A DNA stretch of 64,000 nucleotides from an uncultured Mollicutes bacterium (GTDB taxonomy: Bacteria; Bacillota_I; Bacilli_A; RFN20; CAG-826), in the NCBI GenBank assembly GCA_900540365.1, contig UQFN01000001.1, forward strand, positions 15,944-79,943. Reading direction: 5' to 3'. The notes beneath the pieces were generated by a model. The model had not been told where the DNA came from. It searched no databases and saw only the letters and a list, made by a program, of their open reading frames with translations. Position numbers and translations under genes: made by a program. Positions 60,984-64,000 of this stretch are shown piece after piece; the stretch's first letter is position 1; every line of letters begins with the position of its first letter.

Positions 60984-62324
60984 TTACTTCTTGAGATACA
61001 ATCCAACTACGCTCTCAATATGATATGTCCTAGGAAACATATCAACAAAATTAATTGATTTAATATCATAATATTTCTTTAATATAAATAAGTCTCTAGC
61101 TAAAGTTGATACATCACAAGAAATATAAATAATCTTTTTAGGAGCAGATTTAATTAAAGCATTAATAAATTTTTCATCTAATCCTTTTCTAGGAGGATCA
61201 ACAAAAACTACATCAAATTTATTATTAAAAACAAAATCACTAGCATCTAAACAATAAAATTTAACATTATTAATATTATTTAATTTAGCATTTAATTTAG
61301 CATCATTTATTGCTTCTTTAACAATTTCAACTCCAACAACTTCTTTAACTTTATTAGCTAATGTTAATCCAATAGTACCTATTCCACAATAAGCATCTAA
61401 TATAACATCATTACTAGTTAAATTAGCTTCTTTTGAAGCTAATTTATATAAAACTTCACATTGATCATGATTTACTTGATAAAAAGATTTTGAAGATATT
61501 CTAAATTTAATTCCTAGTAAAACATCTTCAATATATCCTTTTCCGTATATAACTTCTTCTTTATCTCCTAAAATTACATTAGTTTTTCTTTCGTTTATAT
61601 TAAGTACAATTGTTGTTAACATTGGACAAGCTTTAACTAAAGCTTTTGATAAAATATTTTTAGATTTAAATCTTGAAGTAGTAACAACTAAAGTTAACAT
61701 TACTTCTTTAGTTACTTTTCCTACTCGAATTAAAGCATGTCTAACAATACCTTCTTCTTTATCTTCATCATAAGCTTTAATTTTTAATTCTTTTAATAAT
61801 CTAGCTAAATTTTTTAAGATGACTTCATGAACTTCATCTTCAATCATACATTTACTAATTGGAACAATATCATGGGATTTTATTTTATAAAATCCATATA
61901 CTAAACGATGTTGTTTATCATATCCAAAAGGAACTTGAATTTTATTACGATAAAAATAAGGCGTTTCCATTTTAAAAAGCGGAACATCTTTAATATTTAA
62001 TTTACCTATTGAATTTAAAATATTAATTGCTGTTTTCTTTTTATATTCAAGTTCTTTTTGATAATCTAAATTTTGGAAGGAGCATCCTCCACAACTAGTA
62101 GCACATTTACATAAAGGATTAATTCGATATGGAGAAAATTTAGTTATTTTTTTAATTTTTCCTACATCAAAATTTTTCTTACGATATAAGATTTCTACTT
62201 CAGCTTCTTCATCAATTAATAAAGATGGAACAAAAATAACACGATTATTTGCTTTACATAATCCTTGTCCATCAAAAGTAAAATCAACACATTTTACATT
62301 AATAACTTCATTATTTTTGTTCAT
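60984..62324 (-). CDS. rlmD: 23S rRNA (uracil-5-)-methyltransferase RlmD/RumA family (TRAM + Fe-S + SAM MTase)
   Basis: N-terminal TRAM domain and a Cys cluster (C...CxxC...C: CKCATSCGGCSFQN). C-terminal MTase motifs (VLDAYCGIGTIGL, FVDPPRKG) and catalytic region (YISCDVSTLARD). Confidence 0.8.
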   Translation of the reverse strand: MNKNNEVINVKCVDFTFDGQGLCKANNRVIFVPSLLIDEEAEVEILYRKKNFDVGKIKKITKFSPYRINPLCKCATSCGGCSFQNLDYQKELEYKKKTAINILNSIGKLNIKDVPLFKMETPYFYRNKIQVPFGYDKQHRLVYGFYKIKSHDIVPISKCMIEDEVHEVILKNLARLLKELKIKAYDEDKEEGIVRHALIRVGKVTKEVMLTLVVTTSRFKSKNILSKALVKACPMLTTIVLNINERKTNVILGDKEEVIYGKGYIEDVLLGIKFRISSKSFYQVNHDQCEVLYKLASKEANLTSNDVILDAYCGIGTIGLTLANKVKEVVGVEIVKEAINDAKLNAKLNNINNVKFYCLDASDFVFNNKFDVVFVDPPRKGLDEKFINALIKSAPKKIIYISCDVSTLARDLFILKKYYDIKSINFVDMFPRTYHIESVVGLYLKK

Positions 62325-62346
62325 ATAAATTTCAAAATCTAAAAAA

Positions 62347-63930
62347 TTATCTAGGTTTTACAAGGTTTTTAACATAATTAACGTCGTTTTCATCAAGACG
62401 AGGGAATAAAGCTTCGCCTTTATTAACCTTTTTATTATCTAATAAATGAGTATTTAACATATTATTATAATCTCTTAAAGAATCAGTAATTCCTAAAAAA
62501 TCAAATATACGATTTGCTTTATTAACTAAAATTGGTCTTAACATAATTGCAGCATTAAATATAACATAAGTTAAATGAGACATAACTGCTTTTAATTCTT
62601 CAAGTTTAGAATTATCTTTAGCTAAACTCCAAGGAGCAGTTTCTTCAATATATTTATTTGCTCTTCCAAGTAAATTCATTACATCAATATAAGCTTCAGT
62701 TATTTTTAAATCATCCATTTTTTCTTCAAAAGATTTTTTAGTAGAAATAACTAAATCTTCTAATTCCTTATCTAAAGGTGTAACACTAATAAATGAAGGA
62801 ATTATTCCATCAAAATATTTAATAATCATTGAAATAGATCTATTAACTAAATTACCTAAATTATTTGCTAAATCTAAATTTATTCTTTCAATAAATTGTT
62901 CTGGAGTAAATTGTCCATCTTGTCCAAAAACAATTTCACGAGCAAAGTAATATCTAACCGCATCCACTCCATATTTTTCAACAAGTGGATAAGGTGAAAT
63001 AACATTACCTTTAGATTTAGACATTTTTCCATCTTTAGTCATCAATAATCCATGAACAAATACTTTATCTGGAAGTCTTAAATGAAGTGCACTTAAAAAT
63101 TCAGGCCAATAAATTGTATGGAATCTAGTAATATCAGCTCCAATTACATGGATAATTTCACATTCCTCACTTTCCCAAAACTTTTTATATAAAGAATCAT
63201 CTTCACTTCTATAACCTAAAGCACTTAAATAATTAAATAATGCATCAAGCCAAACATAAGCAACATGTTTTTTATTTTCTAAAATTGGTATACCCCAATC
63301 AAAAGAAGTTCTACTTACACAAAGATCTTCAAGTCCAGGTTTAATAAAGTTATTTAACATCTCACTTTTTTTAGATGGAGGATAAATTGAATCTTCTTTA
63401 TTAAAAAAACTCATTAATGGCTCTAAATATTTATTTGTTTTAAAAAAGTAACAAGATTCAGTTTGTCTTTCTACAGGACGATTACAATCAGGACATAAGT
63501 GTTCTTCTCCTACTTGTGTATCAGTCCAAAATGATTCACAAGGTGTACAATACCATCCTTCATATTCACCTAAATAAACATCATCATTTTTAATAAAATC
63601 ACTAAAAACACTTTGAACTACTTTAATATGTCTTTCATCGGTAGTACGAATAAAATCGTCATTGGTAATTTCAAGTAATCTCCATAAATCTTTGAATTTA
63701 TCGACAATTTCATCAATATAAACTTTAGTGTCTTTATTTGCTAACTTCGCATTTTTTTGTATTTTTTGACCGTGTTCATCAGTACCTGTTAAAAAATAAC
63801 ATTCAAAATGTCTCTCTCTTTTATAACGAGCAAATATATCGCACATTGTAGTGCAATAAGCATGTCCTATATGGGCGTTTCCACTAGGATAATAAATAGG
63901 GGTTGTAATATAAAATCTTTTCTTTTCCAT
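62347..63930 (-). CDS. metG: methionyl-tRNA synthetase (short, Mollicutes/Firmicutes type)
   Basis: Class I HIGH motif (PSGNAHIGHAY), zinc knuckle (CPDCNRPV), KMSKS motif (KDGKMSKSKGN). 527 aa. Confidence 0.9.
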   Translation of the reverse strand: MEKKRFYITTPIYYPSGNAHIGHAYCTTMCDIFARYKRERHFECYFLTGTDEHGQKIQKNAKLANKDTKVYIDEIVDKFKDLWRLLEITNDDFIRTTDERHIKVVQSVFSDFIKNDDVYLGEYEGWYCTPCESFWTDTQVGEEHLCPDCNRPVERQTESCYFFKTNKYLEPLMSFFNKEDSIYPPSKKSEMLNNFIKPGLEDLCVSRTSFDWGIPILENKKHVAYVWLDALFNYLSALGYRSEDDSLYKKFWESEECEIIHVIGADITRFHTIYWPEFLSALHLRLPDKVFVHGLLMTKDGKMSKSKGNVISPYPLVEKYGVDAVRYYFAREIVFGQDGQFTPEQFIERINLDLANNLGNLVNRSISMIIKYFDGIIPSFISVTPLDKELEDLVISTKKSFEEKMDDLKITEAYIDVMNLLGRANKYIEETAPWSLAKDNSKLEELKAVMSHLTYVIFNAAIMLRPILVNKANRIFDFLGITDSLRDYNNMLNTHLLDNKKVNKGEALFPRLDENDVNYVKNLVKPR

Positions 63931-64000
63931 AACTTTAAAATTATAACATATTTAATAGATTTTAAATATTTCAGAATATTTAAGTGTTTTTTAAATTAAT

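Noticed and set aside
1-64000. CRISPR array, tRNA, rRNA, integrase or transposase genes
   Set aside because: No regular repeat-spacer periodicity and no GC-rich structured blocks apart from the riboswitch. No ORF has recombinase or transposase motifs, so the defense island is not demonstrably a mobile element.

Overview
This is a very AT-rich (roughly 25% GC) chromosomal segment that looks Mollicutes-like. Indicators are a MalK-type ABC ATPase carrying a ~270-aa insertion, long N-terminal extensions on permeases, and many lipoproteins. The organism evidently uses the standard genetic code: about 55 kb of long ORFs are not interrupted by TGA, tryptophan is TGG, and almost all stops are TAA. 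That points to an Acholeplasma/Anaeroplasma-like or low-GC Firmicutes lineage rather than a code-4 Mycoplasma. Nearly all genes lie on the minus strand.

The left ~38 kb is housekeeping and transport:
- a sugar ABC importer whose MalG-like permease is frameshifted
- three hypothetical membrane proteins and a thioredoxin-like lipoprotein
- a P-type (Ca/Mn-type) ATPase preceded by a clear yybP-ykoY Mn2+ riboswitch
- a giant 1924-aa DUF4011/Upf1-like helicase with a DUF559-like nuclease domain
- a heterodimeric ABC exporter pair, MntP, a GDPD/MFS/HAD trio
- a YesM/YesN-like three-component sugar sensor driving an Mgl/Rbs-like ABC transporter
- an Sfp-type phosphopantetheinyl transferase

The right ~20 kb (about 38.5 to 60.9 kb) is a mosaic defense island:
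- a co-oriented MazG-like NTP pyrophosphohydrolase, PD-(D/E)xK plus DUF2075 ATPase, and NERD protein module, which is the best candidate for an undescribed system
- a Type II RM with an HTH-fused C5-cytosine MTase and a convergent REase
- a second Upf1-like helicase with DUF559 nuclease, now a pseudogene (in-frame TAA plus a poly-A frameshift)
- a DUF2971 protein
- a complete Type I RM (hsdM-hsdS-hsdR)
- an HsdM-HsdS fusion MTase interrupted by an in-frame TGA

The island ends at rlmD-metG. A duplicated rlmD 3' end lies about 10 kb away, and a duplicated helicase-tail/ORF-start junction is also present. Together these indicate insertion at the rlmD 3' end and cassette shuffling. No integrase, transposase, tRNA, rRNA or CRISPR array was recognised.
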